From contig CM060731.1 in assembly GCA_030704615.1 (NCBI GenBank), forward strand, positions 50,716,001-50,780,000: a stretch of 64,000 bases of DNA. Direction: 5' to 3'. This stretch comes from Takakia lepidozioides (lineage: Eukaryota; Plantae; Bryophyta). The notes under the pieces are model-generated. The model saw nothing but the letters and a program-made list of their open reading frames with translations, searched no databases and was not told where the DNA came from. Position 1 is the first letter of the stretch, and the number at the start of each line of letters is the position of its first letter. Below are positions 14,273 to 27,951 of the stretch, piece after piece. Position numbers and translations under genes: made by a program.

Positions 14273-14290
14273 TGTATTGATCTTCTTCAA

Positions 14291-14563
14291 ATGTTTGAAG
14301 TCTTTGCTAGCGTAAATGGAGTGCCTGAGAACTTCAAAATGACTATCTTTAGGATGAGCATGAAGGGGTCAGCTTGGGACTTGCTGCATGCAACAGTCAT
14401 GGATGATCCCAACCTCAATTGGGCGACCCTTATAGAATGGGCTAAGACCTTGTTCAAGCCTCCTGAAAGACCTCTAGACTGCTTTGTTAAGCTCTCGTCT
14501 CGTCCTGGAGAATCCTTGTGGCAATTTTACATGGACATCAAGTCTGTTGCTGTTGAGAACATC
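14291..14563 (+). pseudogene. Probable retrotransposon gag fragment, cut by a CACTA insertion
   Basis: FEVFASVNGVPE..K...F...MKGSAW..L...W..L.E.....FKP resembles the Retrotrans_gag pattern; weak match. Confidence 0.45.
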
Positions 14564-14900
14564 CACTAGAAGAGAAACCGGCTTTTTCCACGGTTTTTTT
14601 CACACTTTTTGCTGTGGAATCAGCCGCAGTCCACACCTGCCGTGGGTGTAAGAAACGACTAGTGCTTTCGGACACCCCGTGGACGGCCTGACTCTCGGGC
14701 GGCCCTGTGGAAAAGTCCATGGGTGGCTTTTTTCACGGGGTGCATGGTGACATGGCCGCTGACATGGCAGAGTGTGAAAAAGGTCAGTGTGGCATGTTTC
14801 ACGGCGGATTTCACACTTTGAACAAGACACTATGTGACACGTGTCATATTTCACACCTTCGATAAGTCACCATGCAACACGTGTTCGTTCCTGTGTGATG
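14564..14900. mobile_element. CACTA element left terminus
   Basis: Starts CACTAGAAGAGAAACCGG at 14564, followed by CCACGG/CCGTGG/TTTCACA subterminal repeats and then an AT-rich tract. A matching right end was not found. Confidence 0.65.
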
Positions 14901-15139
14901 GTACGCATTAATTAATTAATAATTTATTTCCAATATTAAGTTTGAATATTAATGGATTTAATTTATTGTTATTATTATGATGATGATGATTATTATTATA
15001 GGGAAAATGGACAGTGGCCTTGATGAGAACATTATTAAATAACAAAATATTGAAAGTATGTTTTTAGAAATTATATTTATTCGCTCAAATACCAAAACAC
15101 ATCCTTTGCAGGGAAGGAGAGTTTGCCTTAGTGTCTATG

Positions 15140-15815
15140 TTGAGTTGCGTCTCCTACTCTCTGTAATCTAATAGGCATTCACCTTTTTCCCTCGGTTGTC
15201 CCACCCTTGACTGGGGTCAGAAAAGCATTCATTCCATAGCTTCTCCTCATCTCTGTTACATGTTTCTGGATACTTTCCTATTGTCACTTTGGCAGTATCA
15301 TGTCAAAATCACTCCAAACTATGTACCATAGATACCCATGCAGGTTTCTTGTAGCTATCCTTCCACAGGGAATCATAAGTAATCTGGAGCTTGAAATCCG
15401 GCCCTCTTGGATGACACTCTATCCCTGCTCCTTCAGCTATCCATGCCTCTGCACAGATCATGCATACATCCTTGCATTGCTGTTAGCAGCTGACAATGGC
15501 AGCCTAGATTTGTTCCAGCAAACACCCAACTCAACTTATCACACCAGTTCCTATTCTCAATTGCATCTACCACTCTGTAATCCAAAGGCATTTACCTTCC
15601 AAGACGGTTGTCCCACCATTGACTGGGGTCAGAAAAGTATTCATTCCACAGCTTCTCCTCTCTGTTACCTATTTCTGGATACTTTCATGTTGTCACTTTG
15701 GTAGTATCATGTCAAAGGCACTCCAAACTATCAAAGGTTCACTCAACCAGCTAACTTGCAGAATTCTTGAAACATGAAAATTTAGGGCGATTCTGATAAG
15801 AGGGGAAAATAGAGT
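15140..15815 (+). repeat. Rearranged copy of cargo sequence also present in the Pack-CACTA (23470-24085)
   Basis: Shared strings TTGTCCCACCATTGACTGGGGTCAGAAAAG, CCATGCAGGTTTCTTGTA and CAAACTATCAAAGGTTCACTCAACCA, in a different block order. Confidence 0.85.
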
Positions 15816-16477
15816 GAAATGACATGGCATTGAAAAGAATACAAGTTCAGAGAGGGGGAATGGTACATGGGAGATTCAATGAGCTGCTTTACCATGGTCG
15901 CTTGTAGTTACACATCACTTGAGACGAAGTGGGGAGGGTATAGGGCATGTAACCTGACCTGCATTCTGGTGTTTTCATAATGTGAGAGTCCTTGGTCTGT
16001 CATTGTTGTGGATGTTTTGAGATGGTGAGCAGCAACCTGTTGTCTTAAGCATAGCTGAAATGTACATATATTGTTAGTGCTCATAATCATATTAAGTCCG
16101 AGTTCCTGTATGGTGTGGCAGGGGGCATGTGCCTTAGGGTGCATAGGTCGGAGCCATGATCTCTCCCACCCGTTCCCCTGCTTCCCCGATCCCCGCTAAC
16201 CCCTTATACAATCTCTTGTCTTCTTCATCCCCTCATCCTCCAACCGCCCTGAACCTAAGCCCCCTGATCCCGGGATCCCCCTAATCCCCCCCTGATCCCC
16301 CGATCCCCCCTGATCCCGCCCTGAACCTGAGCCCCCTGATCCCCTGATCCCCCCCCCCCAATCCCTGGTTGTCTGATCCACCTCAAGGATCCCCTCGCCC
16401 CCTCGCCCCTTCATCCCCTTCACAGCACAGTGGACGCCAAAGAAGGCACAAAGGCATTACAAAGAAGAGGACAAGCT

Positions 16478-19400
16478 TCATTTTTTTTTCGTGGGGAATG
16501 GAGATACAATAGCTACATCCTTAGCATCCGAGGCATGCACATGTGACAGTCTACGCTGCAAATCTGCATCATCCCAATTATCCACTATCCATTCACAAAG
16601 AAAATCCTGCTTTGATACTGCGTACTCACATGTAAACCAATCTGCTGTAAAAGTTGCCCCCCATTTTTTTGTGATTTTGGTCTCCAAGTATTTTTGTATG
16701 AAAGTCATTACAAAATAGCCACACTCCCAGCCACTTGGTTGTTGTGGCACCTCAGGTTCCAGCCACTCCTCAGGTTCCAGCCACTCCTAAGGTTCCAGCC
16801 ACTCCTAAGGTTCCAGCCACTCCTCAGGTTCCAGCCATTCCAAAGTATTGAGTCCGGTTCGGCTTTGTGTAGGTATGCTCTAAAAGTGCAAAGACGCGTT
16901 TCAAAAGCAAGTCGGCTATGGGATCTGAATGATGTCATGGAATTCAGATGAACAAACTTGGACTTATCAAAAACCATCCCAATGGCCCCTGCAGAACGTA
17001 CATGTGTTTGAGGCCAGACACCACTAATGCTTTCCATTCTCCAAATCAAATCAAAGTCGGTCAAAGCTGCAAAACAGGAGGATTGAGGGACGCACCCAGA
17101 GCATAAGGGGATGAACCATGTCTGAACCTTATCTGGATCCTTCCCTAGGCACTTCTCAGTTACCCAATCATTTACAAGCCCTTTGGAAATCCTGTGAAGG
17201 TCGTCCTCGGTTGATGCCTCCAAAGCCGTCCATATCAGTGTGTCCATCACAACCCACCAGCAACGATTACTCTCCTCCAGGGATGGCTGCAGAATATTGG
17301 CATACAAAAACACCCCTCCATCCCCCGCTTCCCCATACAATTTTGACAACCGTAGATAATCCCATGAACCCAGAATGGACTCCTGTGGAGTGCCTTTGAA
17401 GAAAACAAGGCAGCCCTTGTCCTCTGGGAGCTTTTCCCTCAGTCTATTCTGGTTTTTCCATTTAACACAAGTTCACGAAGTCACACATGTAGGCAATTAA
17501 CTGTTAAGGGTGTTTTCAAGCAACCATATCATCCCCCTATCATGAGTATAAGCCCTGCTGAATGTACTCACCATGAATTTGGTCCCCCCTTGGGTCGTTG
17601 GAAGCCCTGGCCCACTTACTTAGTGACTTCTGGCCGACCAGATTTTGCCTCCCATTTCTCCCCTGTTCTGGTGATAGATTTACTTTCCCTCTCAGCTGCA
17701 CGGTTCTCCTCCCTCCCCCGCATTGTCACCCATATTATTTGCGCACGCTTCGGCTCCCCCTCATCCTTCGGGGGTCTTTGCTTCCCCTTGCCGATCCCCT
17801 CTCCGGTTTGCTCCCCCTTGCCCTTCATGTGTTCCTTCTCCTTCCCCTTATCATTTGTTTCTTTCTGATCCACCTGCTCCATGCCCTGCAGGTTCAATTG
17901 GCGTCCCGAAGTTTTTGCAACAATCCTATGTCATGTTCGACCTGCTACTGGGCCATATGATGGTTTGTTGGAGGTCAAACCCATGTGCAGGGGGGTGGAG
18001 CAGAAACCATATGCGCAGGCACTGTCAGACCCGTGGTGAATGTGGAGCTAGGGGTGACCCCCAATTCAATATTCCAAGGATATGTGGAAGCGATGGGAGC
18101 AGTACCAAGTGGCTGGAGTAAGCGCTCTGCTGTGGGGGAGACCAGACTATCTACGAGTGCGGATAACAACGGGATGGCTTGTGGATGGTACGGGGGTGCA
18201 CCTGGGAAAACTGATATGGGCGGAACAAACCCCTCCGTTGCCAATTCGGTGTTCCCTGCCAATGACTTGCGTTCAGGGGTCACCAACGTTGAAATAACCT
18301 CAACCTATTTCGTCAGCAGAGGACTGGAAATAGCTGCTAATCTGCTGGACTTGGTAGTTGGATCCACCATTCTTGGCACATCCTCCCTCTCCACATGGGA
18401 AGCACACACAGACTCAGGATGAGTTGAAAGAGGTGATTGGACAAGGGCAGAGAGTGAAGGACCACAAAGAGACACAACAGCCCGCGACAGAGCATATACA
18501 TTGAGGGGAGCATGCATGACATCGGGAACAACGTTGGGGGATGACACCTCGGGGGATGGAGCACTGAGGGGGGGGACCAGAGGGAGTCACAGTAGCATGC
18601 GAGAGAGCATACATATGTGGGGAAGAAGAGTGGAAGTCAGGGGCAGACAGGGGGGGACCAGGGTTACACACGGATGCATGCTTCATACAAGACAAATCTG
18701 GGGGAGCAGACAAAAAATCGGGAGTAGAGGCGGGGGCTGCCAGGGCTAAAGGGAGATCAGAAAGGGAGGGAGCAGTGATACACACTAAAGCAGTACCAGA
18801 TGAGGGGGGAGCACAAAAAGAAAACTCATGCGAGGAGGGAGATGAGTCCGATGGGATAGCATGCGGTGAGACCGCGAGGGTAGCCACTTCTGGGGGAGCA
18901 AGTAATGGAAGAAGTACAGAGGCGTGGGGATCACATGGTTGGGGAGGAGTTGCAGAGAGGGCGGCAGACACAGGGGGGGGGGGGGGGGGGGGGGGGAGAG
19001 GAGGGTAGCACCTGGTGCGGGTTCACAAATTTGAAGGGGAGCAGCGGCAGGGACATCACATGATGGGGCAGCAGAGACAGAGAGGGTAGCAGAGAGGAGG
19101 GCCGCTCCTTGGGAGCAATCAGAGATAGGAAGGGGAGAAGAGGCGGGGGCAACAAAGACAGCGAGGGCAGTGGAATATTCCCTTGGGGAGTCTAAAAGAA
19201 GACTGTGAGGTAGAACAGTATGAGAGGGGATGGGATTGACATCAACTTCCGCAATGGGTGTGTATAAACCTGCCATCGGAGATTCCACTTGAAAAGTCTC
19301 TGTATGAGGCGCTTGAAGGTCTTCAACCTATGAGGGTGTTGGCGACGCCATCTGCAATGCATGGTGGGACAATTGCGATGAATTGAAGGCGTCCACGTCG

Positions 19401-20064
19401 ATGTGGGAAAGGTGAGGGGCATATGGTGACACTCGTCGGTCGTATAGTTCATGTCTTCTCGCCAACAACACCTTGTTTGCTCGTAAGACCTCCTCCATGA
19501 CATTTTGAACTCCAACATCAGCTGCCTCAACCTCACCTATCACAGAGACAAGCGCTTGTGTCTTAGCTTTGACCCCCGTGATCCCGTGATCCCCCGATCC
19601 CCGACTGTAAAGTCTGCTCCCCCATTTATCTATTCCAATTCCGATCTTCACAATGACAAACTGTTGGAGAGGCAAAGCATGCACTTACTCAAAAGATGCA
19701 CGTAGCGTCCCAAATCAATGTGCTCCCGCCTAAATAATAGATCCTCCCAGGCCCTGGCTGCACGTCGTATGCCTTTGGCATCGTTACCCTTGCACCACAA
19801 AACTTGGAAGTGGGCCGTTTCCGTTGTTGCAAATTCATGAAACGCTCGGGCATGCACCATGCGAAGAAATGCTCGGCAGGAGTCGACGATCTGCATTTTG
19901 TCCTGCATTGTACCATATCTAAGCTGACCCTCTGCCAGGAACACTTCTTTCAACATACTCTCGTGATTCTGAAAATTCCCAAACGTCCGCCAACCTCCAT
20001 GCAATAAGAGTCCAAATCCATGGTAGGGCAGTTTGTGAGCAGTCTGCGGTGCAAAAAACATCAT
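16478..20064 (-). pseudogene. Large TE-associated gene ending in a ULP1/C48 (SUMO-protease-like) domain; Pro/Ser-rich middle
   Basis: C-terminal PQQPSGWECGYFV (Ulp1 Q...CG catalytic motif) and upstream WFIPLC. Upstream same-strand ORF blocks: 17616-17897 (K/E-rich), 17975-19288 (P/S-rich) and 19328-20064. Joining them into one gene is inference. Confidence 0.6.
16750..16839. repeat. 18-bp tandem repeat x5 (CCTCAGGTTCCAGCCACT)
   Basis: Read directly. In the ULP1 frame it encodes EWLEPE units, two of which carry TAG stops. Confidence 0.95.
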
Positions 20065-20096
20065 GATATGACTGGGGCAGATGCCGTGTCTTAATA

Positions 20097-21083
20097 GTGG
20101 AGGCAGAGGCGGACCTCAGAGTTCGTGATGGCGCGAAACAAAGGAATCCCTATAAGTGCAAGTTTTTTGGGCGGCCCATGAAGGATAAGGTTAGGTTGAC
20201 TAGGCATGTCATTGATGGGGAGGGTTGTCCTTGGTTGAACATGGTGGATGGTTGGGACGAGGTTGAGTTGCCACTAAAACCCTGGCCCGTTGCCGAGTTC
20301 CCGAAGCAGGTTACTCATTTTGTGGAGAGGTTGAGAGTGTGTACAAACCCCGAAGCGTGGCGCGTACCAGGAGACGACATGTCCCATACTGATCGGCAGC
20401 AGCAGCCCAAAGGAGCAAGAAAATGGAAGCCTGATGGCCCTGCACCATCACAAGTGGCTGCCCCTGACAAGAGGAGTAGCCGTAGTGGGTCCGACACTAA
20501 TTTTGAGCGCACCAAACCAAATAAGGGGGCAAAAAAGGTTAAGATTGTTACTACTTTACCCTCTGTCCGTGAGAGACAAGCCAAAGTGCGGCCTGAACTC
20601 GCTGTCACTTGGAGTAGAAAACCAAAGAAAAAGTATCCCTACAGCCGTGAGCAGCCAGCAGCAGAAATGGGGGGGATCGGACATGGGGGGGATCCGTCTC
20701 AAAGTCAGGGGGGCCAGTCCGGAAAACAGCGAAGACACGTAGATGTGGGGGAGCAGACTACTCATCAGGACGAGGGGGAGCAGCCTGGGAGCTCGGGGAC
20801 TCTTGCAGGGGATGGGGCCATGGACATCAACCACGACACACCGCACCCGATCACTCCTGCTGGAACATGTATACGCCTGCAACATGGACTTCTCCCTTCC
20901 AATTTTGCTGACCAGAATGATGAAAGATTCTGGGATGCATTTGTGGATTTCGCATGGAGTGGAGGGTTTGCAATGCAAGTGGAGAGGGCTGAACGCCGCT
21001 GGAGAAGATGGCTTCTACAAGCACAAGTTTGCTTCACCCCCCAATCTTTTTTTCAGTTTATGGCCATCTGCTCCCCCCAATAG
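20097..21083 (+). CDS. Uncharacterised TE-associated ORF (328 aa) with a degenerate BED-like Zn motif
   Basis: Long open frame containing RNPYKCKFFG...RLTRHV...GCPW; a paralogous RNPYKC snippet occurs at ~22385. The start codon is not ATG. Confidence 0.4.
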   Translation: MEAEADLRVRDGAKQRNPYKCKFFGRPMKDKVRLTRHVIDGEGCPWLNMVDGWDEVELPLKPWPVAEFPKQVTHFVERLRVCTNPEAWRVPGDDMSHTDRQQQPKGARKWKPDGPAPSQVAAPDKRSSRSGSDTNFERTKPNKGAKKVKIVTTLPSVRERQAKVRPELAVTWSRKPKKKYPYSREQPAAEMGGIGHGGDPSQSQGGQSGKQRRHVDVGEQTTHQDEGEQPGSSGTLAGDGAMDINHDTPHPITPAGTCIRLQHGLLPSNFADQNDERFWDAFVDFAWSGGFAMQVERAERRWRRWLLQAQVCFTPQSFFQFMAICSPQ

Positions 21084-24000
21084 TTTCCCAGGATTGCCCC
21101 CGTTTTGTAAATGCTCATTCTGTGTTGCATTTTTGCCTGTAGATCAATGCTTCCGCGGGAGAAATTGAGGCTGTGCGGAAATCAGTGCGGGCATGGAGCA
21201 CCTGCAAAGACGGCGTTCCCTGTGCTCTATCCATTGGGCTGGAGTTGGAAGATTTTGAGAGCTACCTTGTGGGAAAGAAGAGTATTCCTTTCGTAACACC
21301 CTCCTGTCCGGTGAATGTTGTTCCCCCATCATGCCTGTCTCTGCTCCCCCTTCATCGTCTACCCCCCCCCCCCCCCCCCCCCCCTCCCGCCTCTGCTGTA
21401 AACAGGTCTGCTCGCCCCATATCAGGTCCCCCCACGTCATGTCCCCCTTGCACCGTTCCCCCCTCTTCTGCTCCCTCGACTTCTTTCAGGTCTGCTCCCC
21501 CCTCTGCTGCTCCCTCCTCTTCTGCTCCCCCCTCATCTCTAGATCTCCAGTTTGATATTGTTGAGCTATTGCTGCAGGGGGAACAACCTTAGGCCTAGTC
21601 TTTGCCATCGGCAACGAGCACACGACGATCAAATACATAAAAGAAAAAGCAAGGAACAGAAGCTTGAGAAAACAAGGAAGAGCACACGGATTGCAACGAA
21701 CAAAAGGAAAACACAAAGCAAAGACAACAAAGAGGATATGAGTAGAGCAGCTGAAAAACCACAACGAAGAGCCGCCACCGAAGAGTCGCTTAGCGAGGAA
21801 GACATTCCGCACGTGCAGTGTACCTAGGGGAGCGGACACGTGGGGGAGCAGGGGATCAGTCGATGGACATGTGGCAACAACACCAAAGTGGGGATCACCG
21901 ATGTCGACACGTGGGGAGATCTGGGCGGTCATAAGGGGGAGCAGGCATGGGGAGATGTGAAGGGGGAGCGAACCCCTAGCCACTCCCAGAACATGAGGAT
22001 CAAAGTAGGGGGACCAGGCACGTGGGGGGATGTTAGTAGAGGGGAGCTGACATGTGCAGAGAGTACTGGATATGACATGCATGGCGATTCCGTGGTCAAG
22101 GAGGTGACCTTTGTTGGTGTTTGCAATGCGTGTGCAAGCCTGGGAGCCCTGGAAAAGGGGAAAGAGGTCCATGGCAGCGAAGACAGGGGGAGCGGACAAT
22201 GCGGGGGGGGGACCAGACAATGGGGGAGCAAAAATTCGGGAGGGATTAGATATTTGGGGTTTTGCAAGTGACGGATTGAGGGAGGGAGACAACTCATGAG
22301 AGGAAGGGGACCAAAACTGCAGGGGCAGGGAATATGAGAAGAGACCATTGTGTAGGACGAGTAAAACACCATGCTAGGTCGAAAAAGAAATCCCTATAAG
22401 TGCATGCATTATGAGCTGGCCGGTATACAACCATCTTGGACTCTTCAACCTCTATCAATCCTATTCAGTTGCTCGATACCCAACCATGTTCGATTCTGCA
22501 ATACACAGACGTTCACATTTGAATCTAGCAAGGTAAGTAGTATGAAAAAACAAACATGAAGTTGAGGCTGAAGTTTAATATGCGAAAGGTACTATAGTTA
22601 CAGATCCTCATCCCCCTGCACATGGGATTTGGTGCAGCCTACGCCAATCCTATCAACTTTCAAAATAACAACACTACAACAGATGAGCGTTTTTATGACT
22701 GCAAATATGACTATTTTTTCAGTCCTATATGCGTTCATGACTACATGACTCTGAAGTGAAAAAAACGGCGTGATAGCGACTAGTCTTTAGGACTGTGTTT
22801 TGCAAGTCATAGCCGTGACTGCGTGCGTGGCACCTGGAGTCATGCAGAGGAGAGTGATGTAGTCACAACTCTATGATTTACATATGACTAACTATATGAC
22901 TACATTGTCTGCTGAGCGTTGCCTACATGGAGAGGCTTCAGTGGAACACGTGCACCACTGCGCAAGCGACACGTCACGCATTCGTGAGGGGATCGTATGA
23001 CTATATGTCTGCAAAGCGATGCCTACATGGAGAGGCGCCGGATGGACACGTGCGCCATTGCGGATTTGACACGTCATTTTTGAATAATATTTTTAACTTT
23101 AATAAATCACATTACAAAATTATAAAATTTAGATTATTAATTGATTTAAATTCTTCATTATATTTTTGGGAAAATAGACTGGACAAAATTCCAAATTGGA
23201 CAAGCATCCCCACGGATGCCTCAAAGTCTAATGCGGAGCAAAAATTAAGCAAACCGACACAAGGGCAGAAGTTTTTTTAGTACTTACAGTTCTGGTATAC
23301 TACAATGAAGGACTCTATTTACAACTATCGAATGCAATACTCCTTACAACTGCATTTGGCCAGCAACTCCGAAACGAACTTGGTGGCAGTGTGGCAGTCA
23401 CCACACACCCGAAGATTCTTCACGAGATGGAGAGACATCCCCGCACCTCATCAGCCCAAAACCTCGATTGTCCCACCATTGACTGGGGTCAGAAAAGTTC
23501 CACAGCTTCTCCTCGTCTCTGTTACTTGTTTTTGGATACTTTCATGTTGTCACGTTGGCAATTTCATGTCAAAGTCACTCCAAACTATCAAAGGTTCACT
23601 CAACCAACTAACTTGCAGAATTCATAATGAAAATTGAGGGCCGATTATGATAAGAGGGAAAAACAGGGTGAAATGTGTTGAAGAATGTGCCTTGATTAAT
23701 AGTGCCTGATTTGATCAATTGTGTCGCTGCTGCTTCCAATTGACCATCTATCCATGCAGGTTTCTTGTACCTATCCTTCCACATCGAATCATAGATAATC
23801 TGGAGCATGAAATTCGGCCCTCTTGGATGAATCTGGACCCACACTCTATCCCTGCTCCTCAGCTATCCATGCCTCTGCACAAATCATGCATACATCCTCG
23901 CCTTGCTGCTAGCACTGACAATGACAGCCTAGAATTGTTCCAACAAACACTCCACCCTACTTATCACACTAGTTCCTATGCTCAATTGCATCTGCTACTC

Positions 24001-24094
24001 TCTATAATCCAACAGGCGTTCACCTTCTTGCCTCAATTGTCCCACCATTGACTGGGTTAGAGAAGTATTCATTCCACAGCTTTTCCTCGTCATT

Positions 24095-25810
24095 TGCCCC
24101 TAGGTCTCCCAAGCCTCCATCCCGCGCCCTTGCTGTGCATATTCTGCAATCATCACACTCCACAACACCACATGCCGTTCAGCCATACTGTCGAACACTC
24201 CCTTTGCATCCTCAATGCACCCACATTTGGCATACATGTCCACCAGGGCAGTGTTCAGAATGATATCAGGTGCAATTCCAGATTTGATGATGTCACCATG
24301 GATCTCTTTGCCCTTTTCCAGGGCTGCCAGCTGGCTTGCACAAGCATTGCAAACACACACAAACGTGATCTGGTTACACTTCACCCCTTCCCCCATCATA
24401 GGTCTCCAAGGCCTCCATCCCGCGTCCCTGTTGTGCATCTCCTGCAAGCATGGCATTACATGACACCATATCTTGTTCAGCCATACTGTCGAACACTCCC
24501 TTTGCATCCTCGATGCACTCGTATTTTGCATACATATCCACCACGGTATTGTTCAGAATGACATCGGGTACAATCCAGCTCTGAAAATGTCACCATGGAC
24601 CTCTTTGCCCTTTTCCAGGGCTGCCAGGCTTGTAGAATCATTGCAAATGCACACAAACGTGATGTGGTCAGTGGGCTCACCCCTTCCCCCATCATTCGAT
24701 CATAGGTCTTCAAAGCCTCCATACCATGTCCCTGCTGTGCATACCCTGTAAGCATCGCGTTCCACGACACCACAAAATGTTCAACCATAGTGTTGAAAAC
24801 TCCCTTCGCATCCTTAATGCACCCACATTTGGCATACATGTCCACCAAGGCAATGTTCATAATGACATCTGGTACAATTCCAGCTTTGACGATGTCACCA
24901 TGACCTCTTTTCCCTTTTCCAGAGCTCCCATGCTTGCACATGCATTGCAAATACAAACAAATGCGTTGGGCTTCACCCCTTTGCGCATCATTTGCTCATA
25001 GGTCTCCAAAGCATTCCTACCACACTCATGCTTGGTAAATCCTGCCAACATTATATTCCACGTGATCAAAGATCGTTGAGGCATTCTGTTAAACACTTGG
25101 TGATGCTCCTGCACTTAAGGTGTTGAGTAGAAAAACAATTGGCGTGAATCCACTTTGGATAATGTGATTGTGCATCTGCTTTCCAGCTTCCAGACCTTCC
25201 ATCTTGATGCACTTAAGCAAGAGACAGACATACGTACGTGAATCTGCTGAAATGCCTCATTGGTCTAAAGTCTGTAGAGCCTCTGTCAGTCTGCCTGCCG
25301 CAAAGCATCGTCACATGCCTAGAAGTGCAGCTAGAAGAGGCATTGTGGACTCCCTCTCTTAATCCTCTTTCAAAAGCTGTGGTCATGGTTGAGGTGCCTG
25401 GTTTTATAAACCGTGCCGCTGCAGCTGCAGCCTTTAGTTGACCATCTACCCATGCAAGTTTTTCTTGTAGCTATTGATCCATAGGGAATCGCATCTGGTA
25501 CAATTCTAGCTTTGGCGATGCAACCATGCACCTCTTTGCCCTTTTCCAGGGCTGCCAGGCTTGCACACACACTGCAAACGCACACAAACCTGATGTGGTT
25601 GGGCTTCCCCCTTCCCACATCATTTGCTCATAGGTCTCCAAAGCCTCCATCCCGTGCCCCTGCTATGCATACCCTGCAAGCATCGCATTCCATGACACCA
25701 CATCTCGTTCAGCCAGAGTGTGGAATACTCCCTTCGCATCCTGAATGCACCCACACATTTGGCAAACCTGTCAGTTTAGGATGACATCTGGTACAATTTT
25801 TCCAGCTTTG
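24095..25810 (-). pseudogene. PLS-class PPR gene fragments (Pack-CACTA cargo)
   Basis: Repeated ITFVCVCNACASLAALEKGKEIHGDIIKSG..PDIILNTALVDMYAKCGCIEDAKGVFDSM..R.VV.W..MI..YAQQG motifs with many frameshifts. Confidence 0.9.
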
Positions 25811-25837
25811 ACGATGATGTGCGAAGGGGTGAAGCGA

Positions 25838-26567
25838 GCAGACGTGATACAAACTTATGTATTCTGGAGCGGACATGAGCCTCAGCAGCGCATGGTCTGG
25901 TTCTTCCCTCTTTCTCGTGATTGCTTGTTTACCTGCAGCAATTGAGTGAAAATGGGTTTGGGTGGTGAGAGGTTGGACCAAGTGTGGCTTTCATGTACGC
26001 CTTCATGTGGGTGGGTGCACAGTATAACTTTGCGGGAAGATACGATCTGCCCAAGTTTGTGAAGCTGGTGGAGGAAGCTATCTCAATCTGCGAATCGGCC
26101 CTTATGCATGTGCAGATTGGAATTTTGGGTAGACAATGCCTAAATTTATACTGTCTTTATACTTTTTCTCATCCTATTGTATTTCTTAGATTTGTCCTTT
26201 GTGCCATACTGTGGTTTCCCTTTTCTCCATCCTTCTGTCCCTCTCTCCTCTGGGTTGCCGTGTCTCAAACTTGGCTGTTTCCTTTTGTAGCACAGTTGTT
26301 TTGTTGTTTCTGCATGAGGTTATTTGGTTGCAAGTTTTTCTCCATCCTTCTGTCCCTCTCTCCTCTGGGCTGCCGTGTCTCAAACTTGGCTGTTTCCTTT
26401 TGTATCACAGTTGTTTTGTTGTTTCTGCATGAGGTAATTTGGTTGCAAGTTGCATGGTTAGGAAATGAAGACGTGGCATGAATGAAATGGTTGGGTGCAG
26501 GGGCTTTCCAGTGTGGTTGCGTGATGTTCCCGGAATTGTGTTCCGCACTGACAATCAACCCTTCAAG
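25838..26567 (+). pseudogene. BGAL: GH35 beta-galactosidase fragment: three consecutive exons with introns
   Basis: Exon 25838-25894 ADVIQTYVFWSGHEP; exon 26023-26128 YNFAGRYDLPKFVKLVEEA/YLNLRIGPYACADWNFG (frameshift); exon 26501-26567 GFPVWLRDVPGIVFRTDNQPFK. GT/AG borders are present. Confidence 0.92.
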
Positions 26568-26789
26568 GTGAGTTTGAGTCTGAAAGGATTTGGAGGCTTA
26601 TTTGCACCTAGTATCAGCCAGCAGGCTCAAGCACGTGCTTCTCATATATATGAAGGCTTGCATGATGTGATGCCTCCACATGGATTATTTTGTGGTACTG
26701 AGAAAAAGGATAAGAATTACTTGCTTGGTCGCACTCTTTTCAAATCAGTAGTCTGTAGATTGAGAGGATGTGGTTGGGCTTCACCGGCC

Positions 26790-27440
26790 CTTCGCGCAAC
26801 ATTTGCTCGTAGGTCTCCAAAGCATTCCTACCACACCCATGTTAAATCCTGCCAACATTATATTCAACGTGATCAAAGTTCGTTGAGGCATTCCGTTGAA
26901 CACTCGGTGTGCATTCATGATGCTCCTGCACTTAACATACATGTTCACAAGGGTGTTGAGGAGAAAAACACTTGGCGTGAATCCACTTTGGATAATGTGA
27001 GTGTGCACCTGCTTTCCAGCTTCCAGACCCTTCATTTTGATGCACTTAAGCAAGAGACAGACATACATATCTGAATCTGCTGAAATGCTGTTGCTTGGTT
27101 TAAAGGTTGTAGAGCCTCTTTCAGTCTGCCTGCCTGACAAAGAATCTTCACATGCCCAGAAGAGCCAGAAGAGGCATTATGGACTCCCTCTCTTGATCCT
27201 CTTTTAGAAGCTGTGGTCATGGTTGAGGTGCCTGATTTAAATTAGGGCTGCTAGGCCTGCCATGCACACAAACATGATGTGGCCGGGCTGAACCCCTTCC
27301 CCCATCATTTGCTCATAGGTCTCCAAAGCCTCCATCCCAGCTTCTCCTCGTCTCATCTCCTCATCTTCTCCTTCCCGCATCATTTGCTCAACGCCTCCAT
27401 CCCACGCCCCTGCATATCCTGCTATCATTGCGTTCCATCC
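26790..27440 (-). pseudogene. PPR gene 5' fragment (diverged duplicate of ~25000-25400) plus further PPR pieces
   Basis: LCQAGRLKEAL..., YVCLLLKCIKMKGLEAGKQVHTHIIQSGFTPSVFLLNTLVNMYVKC; nucleotide similarity to 25000-25400. Confidence 0.85.
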
Positions 27441-27689
27441 TCGGCTACATGGTGTGGCGAAGGAGAAAAAAAAACGCCAAGTCCCAGCCCTCCTTTGTGT
27501 TCACGATTACCTTAATGGGCAACCTTATTATCAATTTTTTGACTTTTTAACCTTTTGCACTTTGATTCATTCTAGGTCAGAGGCTAAAATCCTCCTACTA
27601 GGCTTGTCTAGAAAATCAAAATGCCACGTAGACAAACATTTGATAGTGGCAGTAAAATATATTACCATTGGGCTGGTTTGAACACTTTA

Positions 27690-27951
27690 GTAAAGTTATA
27701 GTAGAAACTTTCACTTTGAGTTATTGAAATTGAAATATATATTACCAATTATATTTTCAGAATATACAGCTGTCAATGTTTGACTTTGACAGAATAAAGG
27801 ACTCTGTAGTGAAACTTTTGATAGTTGTAGTGAATTGTTTTATTAATATCAGCACATTTCACTACGTGGTGCTAGAAATAGTGAAAAGTGGCAAATAGTG
27901 AAATTCATAGTGAAATACTGACGGTGCTGAAAACCATAGTATGTTGTAGTG
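27690..27951. mobile_element. Orphan CACTA-like right terminus nested inside the Pack-CACTA
   Basis: Ends TGTTGTAGTG at 27951, preceded by TAGTGAAA/TTTCACT repeats. No partner end found. Confidence 0.5.

Noticed and set aside
4225-16839. 18-bp arrays (4225-4314, 16750-16839) and the ~445-bp array as CRISPR-like repeats
   Set aside because: Head-to-tail tandem units with no unique spacers and no cas genes; eukaryotic context.
24095-27440. A functional PPR gene or beta-galactosidase gene
   Set aside because: Fragmentary, frameshifted, in mixed orientations and enclosed by CACTA TIRs with a TSD.
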